From the NCBI GenBank assembly GCA_965531145.1, contig CBESOE010000007.1, forward strand, positions 36 to 64,035: 64,000 bases of DNA. The letters run 5' to 3'. The stretch is from an uncultured bacterium (lineage in GTDB: Bacteria > Acidobacteriota > JAQAZP01). Within the stretch, counting starts at the first letter, position 1. The number at the start of each line of letters is the position of its first letter. A program made the translations under genes and the position numbers. The notes under the pieces are model-generated. The model saw only the letters and a program-made list of their open reading frames with translations. It was not told the DNA's origin and searched no databases. Below are positions 45,770 to 55,720 of the stretch, one piece after another.

Positions 45770-46390
45770 TCAGGGGGCGATGCCCACCACCGAGCAGACA
45801 TCGCTGGCCACGTCCCCCGAAGCGGGATAGGGGGGCTGGTTGTATGGCGCCGGGGTGACGTCGGCGGCACTGAGGGTGAACATGTTGGTGCCGATCAGCG
45901 TGGCCAGCGCCGGGATGCTCTGGTTCCAGTTGGTGGGGTTGGCATACTCCAGGGTGATCATGATGTTCTGTCCGGCGGTCACCGGCACGCTGAGCGGGAT
46001 GGTCATGTTGTCGTCGAGATATCTGAACTCGTTGAGCCAGCCGTCCTCCAGCACCGGGGCCACCACTGTTTCAAGCTCCGTTCCCGGCGTGGGGAAGGTG
46101 CTGCCGTCGTAGATGTGGATCGCGTTCTCGATGCTGTACCCCGATACGCCGTTGCCCGAACGCCAGAAGATCTGGACGCCAACGATGGTGCCGTTCTGGG
46201 GCATGGTCAGCACGGCGCCGGCCTCTTCACCGGCCACGAAGTCGCCGACGATCACAGCGGTACCGAAGTCGCTGACCGAGTCGTTCTTGACGATCACCTC
46301 CTGGGCTGAGAGAGATCCGGGGGCCAGCAGGGCGATGAACAGGGCGGTGGCGAGCAGCGGCAGCAGGTTTTGAGCCGGGACTCTTCTCAT
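45770..46390 (-). CDS. Secreted hypothetical protein
   Basis: Signal peptide (LLPLLATALFIALLAPGSLSAQE). No motif recognised. RBS GGAGG before the ATG at 46390. Confidence 0.45.
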   Translation of the reverse strand: MRRVPAQNLLPLLATALFIALLAPGSLSAQEVIVKNDSVSDFGTAVIVGDFVAGEEAGAVLTMPQNGTIVGVQIFWRSGNGVSGYSIENAIHIYDGSTFPTPGTELETVVAPVLEDGWLNEFRYLDDNMTIPLSVPVTAGQNIMITLEYANPTNWNQSIPALATLIGTNMFTLSAADVTPAPYNQPPYPASGDVASDVCSVVGIAP

Positions 46391-46617
46391 GGGATAATCC
46401 TCCGTCAACGAGATATTGGGGCAGCTATGCTGGTGAGTAGGTGCAGGTGGCGCCCTGGTTCAACCGGGAGCTGGCGGGGCGAGCGCCGATGGGGTACAAC
46501 CTTTTCGATCCAACCTCTTCCCTGTAATATACTGCCTCCGGGCCGTAAACGTCACTGGTGACGCGGACCGGCGGAGTGTCCCGGCCGCGGGTGACCGCCA
46601 TTCTGGAGACCGTTTTG

Positions 46618-47592
46618 GTGAGTGCAAAGAAGAAAAAAAAGAGTGAACCGGACACCGTCACGGACAGCACGGCGGCGGAGGATGACCTCGAACTGCTGGT
46701 GCCCGAACTGGTGGAGGGAGAACCGGAAGGGCAGGGGTTGGTCCCTGCCGACCCGGTCCGCCGCTACCTGGCGGAGATCTCGCGTTTCAAGCCGCTCTCC
46801 CGCGAGGAGGAGCACGAACTGGCCATGCGCTATCGCGAGGAGGGCGACCTGGAGGCGGCCAGGATCCTGGTCAGCGCCAACCTCAAACAGGTGGTACGTC
46901 TGGCCTTCATGTTCAGCCGGTTCTACCAGAACGTGATGGACCTGGTCCAGGAGGGCAATGTCGGCCTGATGCAGGCGGTGCAGCGTTTCGATCCATTCCG
47001 CGGTACCCGGCTTTCCACCTACGCCACGTTCTGGATCCGGGCCTACATGATCAAGTTCCTCACCGACAACTGGCGCCTGGTGCGGGTGGGGACCACCAAC
47101 GCGCGGCGCAAGCTGCTGTTCAACCTGCAAAAGGAGAAGGCACGGCTGGAATCCATGGGGATCGGTTACGGCCCCAAGCTGCTGGCCGAAAAGTTCGGCG
47201 CTTCAGAGCAGGACATCCGTGATATCGAGGAGAGCATCGGTTCATCGGATCTCTCCCTGGATCAGCCGCTGGGGTTTGACAGCGACCGCAGCTTCGGCGA
47301 TGTACTGGCCGACGGCGACGAACCGCTGGAAGATGTGCTGGCCAACGAGGACTTCCTCCGGGTCTTCCGTGAGAAGGTTGCCATATTCTCCGAAGAACTG
47401 GACGATCGTGACCGTTTCATCCTGGAGAACCGTCTGATCGCCGAGGAGCCGGTGACCCTGCAGCAGATCGGCGACCGTTATGGCATCACCAGGGAGGGCA
47501 GCCGGCAGGTGGAACGCAAGCTGCTCGGCCGGCTGAAGGAATTCATCCGGACGGAAATGGGAAATCAAACCGGCCCGCAGGACGGCCTTTGA
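46618..47592 (+). CDS. rpoH: RNA polymerase sigma-32 factor (heat-shock sigma)
   Basis: Sigma-70 region 2 (RYLAEISRFKPLSREEEHELA). RpoH box NARRKLLFNLQKEK, matching Q(R/K)KLFFNLR. Region 4 helix-turn-helix. GTG at 46618 with RBS GGAGA. The N-terminus is Lys-rich (VSAKKKKKSE). Confidence 0.8.
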   Translation: MSAKKKKKSEPDTVTDSTAAEDDLELLVPELVEGEPEGQGLVPADPVRRYLAEISRFKPLSREEEHELAMRYREEGDLEAARILVSANLKQVVRLAFMFSRFYQNVMDLVQEGNVGLMQAVQRFDPFRGTRLSTYATFWIRAYMIKFLTDNWRLVRVGTTNARRKLLFNLQKEKARLESMGIGYGPKLLAEKFGASEQDIRDIEESIGSSDLSLDQPLGFDSDRSFGDVLADGDEPLEDVLANEDFLRVFREKVAIFSEELDDRDRFILENRLIAEEPVTLQQIGDRYGITREGSRQVERKLLGRLKEFIRTEMGNQTGPQDGL

Positions 47593-47610
47593 GCCGCTGG
47601 AGGAGACGTG

Positions 47611-48060
47611 ATGAACGAGAAGAAAAAGATCGAATACAAGGGCCCCGGGACGCCGCCAACGGAAATGGGGACCGTCACGCTGACCCCGGAGGGTGTGGTG
47701 ATCCTCTCCCCGCTGGTGATGAACACCTGCGTCAGGGAACGCAGGGTCTGCCGGCTCTGGTTCGAGGAACAGGCCCGGCACGTGGGGGTCAAGATGGGCG
47801 CCGAGGGTCGCCAGGACGCCGTGCCCATCGAAGTTCAGGGCGAGGGGGATACCCGTACCGGACAGATCGACCTCAACCGGATGCTGGCGGCCTACAAGGT
47901 GGCCCTTCCCGGGGAACCGGTGGAACTGGCGGTGCTCTGGAAGCAGAAAATGGATTTCTTCGAGATCAGCCTCACCGGCGAGGCCGAGGCCATTGTCCCC
48001 ATGGCCGATCTCGACCGCTCGAAAATCAAGAGTATCCTCGACGATTATGAACCGCTGTAG
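47611..48060 (+). CDS. Hypothetical protein (149 aa)
   Basis: RBS GGAGGAG before the ATG at 47611. Lies 19 nt after the rpoH stop. Coding-like codon bias. No motif recognised. Confidence 0.45.
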   Translation: MNEKKKIEYKGPGTPPTEMGTVTLTPEGVVILSPLVMNTCVRERRVCRLWFEEQARHVGVKMGAEGRQDAVPIEVQGEGDTRTGQIDLNRMLAAYKVALPGEPVELAVLWKQKMDFFEISLTGEAEAIVPMADLDRSKIKSILDDYEPL

Positions 48061-48213
48061 GCCGTGAGCAAATGGGGCCAGGCTGCACCCGCGGTGGCCA
48101 GCGGGGTGGCTAGGTAACTTGTCCCTCTTGTAATATAATCGCTTCTTTCATTGCCCCTCGGGGGTGGTCCGGGGTGCCGGGCAGGCCCGGGGCCAGGGGA
48201 GGTCAGCGGTCGG

Positions 48214-49257
48214 ATGCACGTGCTGGTTACAGGCGGAGCCGGGTTCATCGGCAGCCACGTGGCAGCGTTCTATGCCGGGCGGGGAGACCGGGTATCCGTC
48301 CTGGACAACCTCAGCCGACAGAAACTGCTGGGCAAGTCGGAAGCCCACTCCCTGTGCAACTGGAACTACCTCGATGAGCTCGGGGGCGTCACCCTGGTCC
48401 GGGGAGACGTCTGTGACGCCGATGTGCTGGACCAGGTCTGCCCCGGGGTCGGCTTGATCGTCCACTGTGCGGCCCAGACCGCGGTGACCACCTCCATCGT
48501 CCGCCCGGACGATGATTTCTCCTCCAACGCCCGGGGCACCTTCAGCCTGCTGGAAGCCGCGCGGCGCCACCAGGTGCCGGCGGTGATCTACTGCTCCACA
48601 AACAAGGTCTACGGGGACCGGGTGAATCGGGTCCCGGTTGAGGAGGGGGAACACCGGTACCGCTTTGGCGGCGAGCACACTTACGGCATCACCGAGGAGT
48701 TCGGGGTGGACCTCTGCGAGCACACCCCGTACGGCTGCTCCAAGCTGACCGGCGACCTCTACATGCAGGATTACGCGCACATCCACGGTATTCGCACCGG
48801 TGTTTTTCGCATGTCCTGCATTTACGGCGAACGGCAGATGGGGGTGGAGGACCAGGGCTGGCTGGCCTGGTTCACCATCGCCGCCATGACCGGGCGGCCG
48901 ATCACCCTTTTCGGCGACGGCAAGCAGGTCCGCGACGTGCTCTATGTCGGTGACCTGGTGCAGCTGTTCAATCGATTTGCCGAATCCGGCGTGCCGCACA
49001 CCGTCTGCAATGCCGGTGGTGGTCCGCAGAACACGCTCTCCCTGCTGGAACTGATCGGGCTGCTGGAGCAGGAGACCGGGAAACGAAGCCCCGTCTCCTT
49101 CGCACCCTGGCGGCCCTCGGACCAGAAAGTCTACGTTTCCGACATCGGCAAGGCCGCCCGGACCTTTGACTGGGCGCCGGCCACCGCTCCCCGGGAAGGG
49201 GTACGGCGGCTGGTCCGCTGGGTCGGTGAGAATCTCGACCTCTTCGATGAAATCTGA
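48214..49257 (+). CDS. NAD-dependent nucleotide-sugar epimerase/dehydratase (extended SDR)
   Basis: Rossmann motif VLVTGGAGFIGSH. Catalytic YxxxK region (YGCSKLTGDLY). 347 aa. Confidence 0.8.
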   Translation: MHVLVTGGAGFIGSHVAAFYAGRGDRVSVLDNLSRQKLLGKSEAHSLCNWNYLDELGGVTLVRGDVCDADVLDQVCPGVGLIVHCAAQTAVTTSIVRPDDDFSSNARGTFSLLEAARRHQVPAVIYCSTNKVYGDRVNRVPVEEGEHRYRFGGEHTYGITEEFGVDLCEHTPYGCSKLTGDLYMQDYAHIHGIRTGVFRMSCIYGERQMGVEDQGWLAWFTIAAMTGRPITLFGDGKQVRDVLYVGDLVQLFNRFAESGVPHTVCNAGGGPQNTLSLLELIGLLEQETGKRSPVSFAPWRPSDQKVYVSDIGKAARTFDWAPATAPREGVRRLVRWVGENLDLFDEI

Positions 49258-49305
49258 TGCCGCCGGCGCTGAAACGGCGGCCGCGCTCCAGGGGATGAAC
49301 CAGGA

Positions 49306-50547
49306 ATGAAAGTTGGAGTGATCAGTGAAAGCCCGTTGTTGACCACCGGCTACGGGGTGCCCACCAGGCACCTCTGCCAGCGTTTCCACCAGAACGGGCT
49401 GGACGTGGCCTGTCTGGGAATCCACCAGGTGGCCTTCGGTTACCACGAGCACACGCTGCCCTACCGGGTGTGGCCCACCTGTCCGCACGATCCCAACGGG
49501 CTGGAACTGATGGAGTATTTCCTGCGGTCCGAGCAGCCGGATGTGCTGCTGCTGCTCAACACGCTGCCGGTGTGCAACGAGTGGGCCGCCCTGCTGCGGC
49601 GGAAATTCAAGGTGCTGACCCCGGCGCTGGCCTATTTTTCCGCCGAAGGCGCTCCGCTGAGCCCCGACTGGTTCACCACCTTCCGCTTCATGCAGAAGAC
49701 CGTGGCCTGGACTAATTTCACCAGGCAGTCGGCCATCGATGCCTACAACGTTTCTCCCGAAGCGGTTTACATGGGGGTGGACCACGAGGCGTTCCAGCCC
49801 TACGACGAGGAGCGACGGAAGACCCTGCGCCAGGCGGTGGGCTGGGACGACAAGTTTGTGGTGCTTTTTGTCGGACGGAACATGTTCGCCAAGCAGCAGG
49901 ACAAAGTTGTGGAGGCGGCTTCTCTACTGCGGAAGGATGGGCACGAGGACATCCTGATCCACCTGCAGTGCAAGCCCTTCGAGAACTACACCAACGGCGG
50001 GTGGGATCTGCCCTCGCTCTGCCGGCAATGGGACGTGCGGGAAATGATCTCCTTCCCGCCCGATCTCCGGAACCAGCATTACGCCACACCCCACTCCCGC
50101 GATCCGGAGACGGTCAACCTCTCCGGTGATGTGCTGGCCAACCTCGCCTCGCTCAGCCTCGCCGACCGCTACAACTGTGCCGATCTCTACATCCACCCCT
50201 CCATGGTGGAGGGCTTCAGTTTCCCCTGCGCCGAGGCCATGGCCTGTGGTGTTCCCATTGCCCACACCGATGACAGCGGCGTGATGAACGAGGTGTGTGG
50301 TGAGGCCGGATACCGCATTCCCCGGGTCGCCGAAACCACTGCTTCCTGGGGTTCGCGCTACAGCGTACTCTCGGCCCGGGACATCGCCGACACCATTCTC
50401 CACTTTCGCGACATGTTGCGGGAGAAGCCTGAGGAGCGGAAACGTCTCGGCGATCTCGGTGTCAAACAGTCCATGCGTTACAATTGGGACAAGACCGCTG
50501 CGTCGATCATGGAAATGCTGGAACAGACGGCCGCGATCAAGCTGTGA
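49306..50547 (+). CDS. Glycosyltransferase family 1 (GT4)
   Basis: C-terminal GT1 signature region (IHPSMVEGFSFPCAEAMACGVPIAHTDDSGVMNEV). Confidence 0.75.
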   Translation: MKVGVISESPLLTTGYGVPTRHLCQRFHQNGLDVACLGIHQVAFGYHEHTLPYRVWPTCPHDPNGLELMEYFLRSEQPDVLLLLNTLPVCNEWAALLRRKFKVLTPALAYFSAEGAPLSPDWFTTFRFMQKTVAWTNFTRQSAIDAYNVSPEAVYMGVDHEAFQPYDEERRKTLRQAVGWDDKFVVLFVGRNMFAKQQDKVVEAASLLRKDGHEDILIHLQCKPFENYTNGGWDLPSLCRQWDVREMISFPPDLRNQHYATPHSRDPETVNLSGDVLANLASLSLADRYNCADLYIHPSMVEGFSFPCAEAMACGVPIAHTDDSGVMNEVCGEAGYRIPRVAETTASWGSRYSVLSARDIADTILHFRDMLREKPEERKRLGDLGVKQSMRYNWDKTAASIMEMLEQTAAIKL

Positions 50548-50576
50548 CGCTGACCCGTCACGGCGGGGAGGAAACC

Positions 50577-51005
50577 ATGAACCGTCATCGTCTCCTGGTG
50601 GGTCTGCCGGTGGTGTTGCTGATCACGGGGGTGCTGCTTCTCGGGGGCTGCGGTACGGAGAAGGAATACGCCGGCAGCCTGGTGGATACCTACGACAAGG
50701 CCAAGGAGACTGGCACGGCTGGGGACATGCGGGCCATCGGACAGGCGTTGACCAGCTACCAGTTGGACAATGGCGAGTTCCCCTCGGCCGGCGGGATCGA
50801 CACCCTCCTCGGGCAGCTGAACCCCGACTACCTGCGCATGGCGGCCAGCACTGACAAGTGGGGAAACCCGCTGATCTACAGCGCCACTCCCGGTGGCTAC
50901 CGCCTGCTATCCAAAGGTGATGACGGACGTGAAGGGACCGAGGACGACATCGTGCTGGAGAACGGCCAGCTGAGAACGCCATCCGGGACGGGGCTTTCCT
51001 TTTGA
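50577..51005 (+). CDS. Lipoprotein with a type II secretion GspG (major pseudopilin) C-terminal-like domain
   Basis: Lipobox LLLGGCGTE replaces the prepilin leader. The mature region aligns with the GspG globular domain. DMRAIGQALTSYQLDNGEFPS matches DLVALEGALDMYKLDNSRYPT, and DKWGNPLIY...GYRLLSKGDDGREGTEDDI matches DPWGSDYQLLSPG..DIFSLGPDGVPESNDDI. Confidence 0.55.
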   Translation: MNRHRLLVGLPVVLLITGVLLLGGCGTEKEYAGSLVDTYDKAKETGTAGDMRAIGQALTSYQLDNGEFPSAGGIDTLLGQLNPDYLRMAASTDKWGNPLIYSATPGGYRLLSKGDDGREGTEDDIVLENGQLRTPSGTGLSF

Positions 51006-51021
51006 GCAGCGGGGCGAACTG

Positions 51022-51765
51022 ATGATGCATGTCTCATCTGCACGGTTACGGGCCGCCGCCCTTTTCCTCGCCTTGTGCGCCGGCCTGGCGCTGTCCACCG
51101 CCTGTTACCGTCCGCCCGACCACGTGGTGGATGCCATCATCGACTACATCGCTGCCGTCCAGGGGCAGGATATGGGCCGGCTCTACCATCTGCGCAGCGG
51201 CCGCCTGCCGCCGCCGGGTACCCGACCCGGCCTGCCTCACGTTCCCGCCATCTGGGAAGAGCGGCAGTTCACACCGTCCGGCAACCTGGCATTCGATCTG
51301 CTTCGCGAGCGGGCCCAGCTGAGCTACCACCTCTATGAACGGGGGCGCGAGCGGGGGCGGCTCCGCCTGTCGCCCCTGGGCATCGTGCTGATCAAGGGGC
51401 TGGTGCTGGGGCGGGGTGTGATGTACAGCGTGGCTGAACGCATCGACCATCCCGACGGGCGGGTCACCGCCATTCTCCAGGTCGACCTGAATTACGAGCA
51501 GATCAATTACCACCAGCTGCCCGACGGGACCATCGTCTATTTCATGGGCCACCCGCTGGGTGCCACCTACCCGGCCACGGTGGGCCAGCGGCTCAAGGGG
51601 GCGGTGCAGTTGCTCGACCGGCTGCGGGTCCGCGTCGATCTCGCACCCGCCGGACCGGAGTCGGCCCACGGGTGGCGGGTGCTCACCTTCACGCCCCAGC
51701 CGGGCAGCGATGAATACATCACGGTCACCGGCCAGATCGGCAACCGCAGCTGGCTGCGCGATTGA
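51022..51765 (+). CDS. Hypothetical lipoprotein
   Basis: Signal with Cys (LALSTAC). No motif recognised. Confidence 0.45.
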   Translation: MMHVSSARLRAAALFLALCAGLALSTACYRPPDHVVDAIIDYIAAVQGQDMGRLYHLRSGRLPPPGTRPGLPHVPAIWEERQFTPSGNLAFDLLRERAQLSYHLYERGRERGRLRLSPLGIVLIKGLVLGRGVMYSVAERIDHPDGRVTAILQVDLNYEQINYHQLPDGTIVYFMGHPLGATYPATVGQRLKGAVQLLDRLRVRVDLAPAGPESAHGWRVLTFTPQPGSDEYITVTGQIGNRSWLRD

Positions 51766-51885
51766 CCTGGCTGTTGGCGGTGCCCGAACGATTCGTTGAC
51801 ACGGTCTGATCCCTGTATTATATTTTTTTCACAGCAAGCGAGTTGTATCCATAGAACAGCGTTGTGCCCTGGTGGTGGAGTAGTG

Positions 51886-53001
51886 ATGGGTATCAATCAG
51901 GCAGCCGGTAAACCTGAACACGACGTGACCTCCTACCTGCAGTCTCTCGACTGGTCCGAACGCGAGGAACACTGGTGGAGTGTGCTGCGTCCCCTCGGTG
52001 CCGATCCCCAGGCCCTGGGCCGGGTGGACGAGGTCGGCCGTACCATCGATGATCTGCCCCGCTGGGCCATCGAGGTCCGGCAGCAGATACGTGATTTTTC
52101 GCCCTGCCACTACAGTTATCCCCATGCTCTGGAGCTGCTGCTGGAGGGCGTGGGCGACGAAGCCCCCGACCCGAGTTTTCGCGGCTGCCGCAGCGTCAGT
52201 GACAGCCGGCGGGACGAGGCCCGGCACCAGGCCGGCATCCTGCAGAAGTGGGTCAGTGCCAAGGGACGCCTCGACGTGCCCTCTTCCCGTGAAGAGCACT
52301 GTCCCGACGTCAATCCCCGGGAAATGCTGACCACCCTGGGCAAGGCCAGCCCGGGAAAATTGTCCCAGTTGAAACGGCTGCTGTCGGTTCTCAGCCGTGA
52401 GCGGAAAAAGGGCGGCGGGATGGAGAGTTTCTCGCTCAACGGCTGGAAGCTCAAGCAGCCGCTGCGCGAACCGCTGGTCTGCGACCAGGCCGGGTGCGGG
52501 TGCCTCGCGTCGGAGGGCGGGGACGAGCGGGTCTTTGCCAACAATCCCGTATGCCACTTCAAGTATTTCCTCTTCGTCAACTTTCACCTCACCGGCATCG
52601 GCACTGACGGGCGGAAGCTCGACGTGCTCTCCCGGCGCCGGATCGAGCGGGAATACAAGAAACGGGTGAGCCATATTCGGCACTACATCAAGGCGCTGGA
52701 CAGGTGGTTGGCCAGCGAGGGGTTCGCCCGGGCCGTGCAGAGCGGCGGCGAGAACGGCGAACAGGTGCGCCGGGTTTACTCGCTGCTGGGCAGCGCCACG
52801 CTGGTGAAGCGCTGGCTGGTCTCATCGATCAGGGAAACCCTGGCCGTGTTCGGAGATTACTTTGACAAGCAGATCGTCCCCCTGTGGGAGATGTCCTGCG
52901 CCGCTGCCAGCCCGGCGACAAGCGATTCCGCCACGCAGGATGACGCCGGGCATGGCGACGATTTCGCCGAAGAAGACAGCGACTTCGAGAATGACCACTG
53001 A
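51886..53001 (+). CDS. Hypothetical protein with Cys cluster and acidic C-terminal tail
   Basis: A sigma-70-like promoter lies upstream: TTGACA, 17 nt, TATATT at about 51804-51832. RBS GGTGGTGGAG before the ATG at 51886. Motif CDQAGCGC...NNPVCH. The protein ends DDFAEEDSDFENDH. Confidence 0.45.
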   Translation: MGINQAAGKPEHDVTSYLQSLDWSEREEHWWSVLRPLGADPQALGRVDEVGRTIDDLPRWAIEVRQQIRDFSPCHYSYPHALELLLEGVGDEAPDPSFRGCRSVSDSRRDEARHQAGILQKWVSAKGRLDVPSSREEHCPDVNPREMLTTLGKASPGKLSQLKRLLSVLSRERKKGGGMESFSLNGWKLKQPLREPLVCDQAGCGCLASEGGDERVFANNPVCHFKYFLFVNFHLTGIGTDGRKLDVLSRRRIEREYKKRVSHIRHYIKALDRWLASEGFARAVQSGGENGEQVRRVYSLLGSATLVKRWLVSSIRETLAVFGDYFDKQIVPLWEMSCAAASPATSDSATQDDAGHGDDFAEEDSDFENDH

Positions 53002-53037
53002 CCCGCCCTGGCCGCCGCGGCGGGTGATTGAAACTTC

Positions 53038-53853
53038 GTGACCACACTCACCATCAGCCTCTTTCAGCTCGACTACCGCCCTGGCGATTCCGCCGGCCGC
53101 CTCGAGCGCGTGCGTGCCGCGGCCGGCGAGGCCTCGTCCCGCGGTTCTTCGCTGCTGCTGCTGCCGGAGCTCTGGTATTCAGGCTATGATCTGGCCAACT
53201 CGGCGGCGCTGGCCGTGCCCATGGGCGAGGGGCATTTCAACCAGGTGGCTCAACTGGCCCGGGAGCAGCGGCTGCACATCTGCGGCAGCCTGCTCTGCCG
53301 GGAGGGGGACGGCACCGTGCGCAACCGGGCCGTACTGTATGGCCCGGGGGGCGAGCTGATCGGTTGGTATGACAAGCTGCACCTCTTCCCCAAGTTGCGC
53401 GAGGATCGCTATTTTCTCGCCGGGGATCGCCTGCCGCAGTTTGACCTCCCCTGGGGCCGGACGGCCATGGCCATCTGTTACGACCTGCGTTTCCCCGAGT
53501 TGTTCCGTCACTATGCGCTGAACGGCGATCCGCAACTGGTGCTGGTGCCCTCGGCCTGGCCTGAACCGCGGCTGAAGTATTTCACCTTGATGACCCGGGC
53601 CCGGGCCTGCGAGAACCAGTGTTTTGTCGCCTCCTGCAATCGCGCCGGCCAGGGCGGGGACGGCGAGCCGGCATTCGGTAAATCCCTGGCAGCTGATCCC
53701 TGGGGCGAGCTGCTGGCCGAGGCGGGTCGTGACGAAGAACTGCTCACCGTGGAGCTTCCCCTGGGCCGCATCGGCAAGTCCCGAGCCCAGCTGGACCTGC
53801 GCGGCGACCTGCGCCGCGACCTCTTCTACCCCCACCGGGAGCCATCCCGGTGA
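53038..53853 (+). CDS. Carbon-nitrogen hydrolase (nitrilase/omega-amidase family)
   Basis: LLLLPELW (catalytic Glu region). Catalytic Cys in MAICYDLRFPELF. 271 aa. Confidence 0.8.
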   Translation: MTTLTISLFQLDYRPGDSAGRLERVRAAAGEASSRGSSLLLLPELWYSGYDLANSAALAVPMGEGHFNQVAQLAREQRLHICGSLLCREGDGTVRNRAVLYGPGGELIGWYDKLHLFPKLREDRYFLAGDRLPQFDLPWGRTAMAICYDLRFPELFRHYALNGDPQLVLVPSAWPEPRLKYFTLMTRARACENQCFVASCNRAGQGGDGEPAFGKSLAADPWGELLAEAGRDEELLTVELPLGRIGKSRAQLDLRGDLRRDLFYPHREPSR

Positions 53854-55538
53854 GCCGCGGTGACGCCGCCACCTTCCGTCTGGACGGCCTCGAATTTTCT
53901 CTTGCCGACGACCCGGGCGGCGAAGACGCTCTGCGGGATTGGCTCTGCACCATGGCCGGTCCGGAGGCTGACCAGGTGGGGCCGCTGCGGATCCTCCGCC
54001 GCAGCCTTGATGCTCGCCGGAAGAATCGCCAGTTGTTCCTCTACTCGGTGCTGGTGGTGCTGGGCGCCGGTGCGCGGCACGCCCTGGATCGGGCATTTGA
54101 CGCAGCTGAACGGCCGCTGACCCAACCGGCGGATCAGGTGGTGGATGAGTTGTCCATGCCGTGGTCCGGTGAAGGCGCTCCGGCCGTGCACCCGGCGCAA
54201 CCTGGACCGGCGGCAGTGGTGGGGAGCGGGCCGGCCGGCCTCTTCGCCGCCCTGCGTCTGGCCGCCGCCGGGATAGCGGTGACACTCTTTGAACGTGGGG
54301 ACCCGGTGGAGCAGAGGGTCCACCGGGTGAATCGGATCCGCGAGGGAACGGAACTGGATCCGGAGAGCAATATCCAGTTCGGTGAGGGGGGAGCGGGAAC
54401 CTTCTCCGACGGCAAGCTCTACAGCGGGACCAGTGACGGGCGACGGCGGCTGGTGCTGCGGACGCTGGCCGAGTTCGGGGCGCCGCCGGACATCCTCTAC
54501 GAGTCTCGCCCCCACGTTGGCAGCGACCGTCTGCGTGGTGTTCTGCTGCAGTTTCGCCAGCGTCTACAGGAACTGGGGTGCGAGTTCCGTTTCCGCACCC
54601 GGGTCAGCGGCCTGCGCATAACCCCGGAATCCACCGACGGAGATACGAGACAGCTGGAGGGACTGGAACTGGAAACCGGGGAGTTCTTCCCCTGCCGGCG
54701 GGCGGTGCTGGCCCTCGGCCACAGCGCCCGGGACAGTTTTCGCATGCTGGCCGCCGCCGGCCTCGATCTGCGGTTGAAGCCTTTTGCCGCCGGGTTTCGC
54801 GTGGAGCACCCCCAGGAACTGATCGACACCATCCAGTACGGTTCGGCGGGCCGGGTGGCCGGGCTGCCTCCGGCGGAATACCGGGTGGCGGTAAAGACCG
54901 TTGCCGGCCGCGGGGTGTACAGCTTCTGCATGTGCCCCGGCGGGGAGGTGGTGGCCGCCGCTTCCGGCCCTGGCCAGTCGGTGACCAACGGGATGAGCCT
55001 GCGGGCCCGCGGCACCCGCTGGGCCAACAGCGGTATCGTCACCGGCATCGACAGCGCTGCAGTCGGGTGCCCGGCAGGGGACGAGCCGCTGGCCGGGCTG
55101 CGCTGGCAGGAGGAGATGGAGCAGAAGGCCTGGTGCCTGGGCGGCAGCGGAGGGTTGGCCCCGGCCCAGCGGGTCACCTCGTTTCTCCAGGGCCGGCTGG
55201 ACAACGACCTGCCTGAGTCGAGCTACCGGCCCGGCCTGCTGGCCGCCCGGCTGGACCACTGTTTCGGTGAAGAGGTGACCGCTTCCCTCCGTGAAGGCCT
55301 GCGGCTCATCGACCGCCGGATGCGCGGGTTCGTCACCGATGACGCCCTGCTCATCGGGGTGGAAACCCGCACCTCGTCCCCCCTGCGCTGCCAGCGGGAC
55401 GAGCAGGGGCGGGCTACGGGGATCGACGGCCTGTACCCCGCCGGGGAGGGGGCGGGCCATGCCGGGGGGATCATCAGTTCCGCCGTGGACGGCCTGAAAA
55501 CCGCTGAAAGCATCCTTGAAAAGATCACCTCTCGCTGA
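53850..55538 (+). CDS. FAD-dependent dehydrogenase (COG2509-like, uncharacterised family)
   Basis: Dinucleotide-binding VVGSGPAGLFAALRLAAAGIAVTLFERG. FSDGKLYS and GEGAGHAGGIISSAVDG regions. GTGA overlap with the upstream stop. Confidence 0.65.
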   Translation: MSRGDAATFRLDGLEFSLADDPGGEDALRDWLCTMAGPEADQVGPLRILRRSLDARRKNRQLFLYSVLVVLGAGARHALDRAFDAAERPLTQPADQVVDELSMPWSGEGAPAVHPAQPGPAAVVGSGPAGLFAALRLAAAGIAVTLFERGDPVEQRVHRVNRIREGTELDPESNIQFGEGGAGTFSDGKLYSGTSDGRRRLVLRTLAEFGAPPDILYESRPHVGSDRLRGVLLQFRQRLQELGCEFRFRTRVSGLRITPESTDGDTRQLEGLELETGEFFPCRRAVLALGHSARDSFRMLAAAGLDLRLKPFAAGFRVEHPQELIDTIQYGSAGRVAGLPPAEYRVAVKTVAGRGVYSFCMCPGGEVVAAASGPGQSVTNGMSLRARGTRWANSGIVTGIDSAAVGCPAGDEPLAGLRWQEEMEQKAWCLGGSGGLAPAQRVTSFLQGRLDNDLPESSYRPGLLAARLDHCFGEEVTASLREGLRLIDRRMRGFVTDDALLIGVETRTSSPLRCQRDEQGRATGIDGLYPAGEGAGHAGGIISSAVDGLKTAESILEKITSR

Positions 55539-55572
55539 ACAAGCGGTAAATAGGAGGAACTCCCATCTGTCA

Positions 55573-55697
55573 CTGCGAAGAGCCCGTTCTTGTCATTGCG
55601 AGAAGCCGCAGGCGACGAAGCAATCTCTTCTGCGTCAGTGCCATTGTCGGAGAGATTGCTGTGCTGCGCTCGCAATGACAGGTGCGGGCTCCTCGCG
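55573..55697. repeat. Nested imperfect palindrome of about 125 nt (three concentric inverted-repeat arm pairs)
   Basis: Three arm pairs are nested. Outer: GCGAAGAGCCCG against CGGGCTCCTCGC. Middle: CTTGTCATTGCGAG against CTCGCAATGACAGG. Inner: GAAGCAATCTCT against AGAGATTGCT. The element lies between the convergent FAD-dehydrogenase and TonB-receptor genes. Confidence 0.45.
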
Positions 55698-55720
55698 AAG
55701 ACACGTATATAAAAAGGCCC

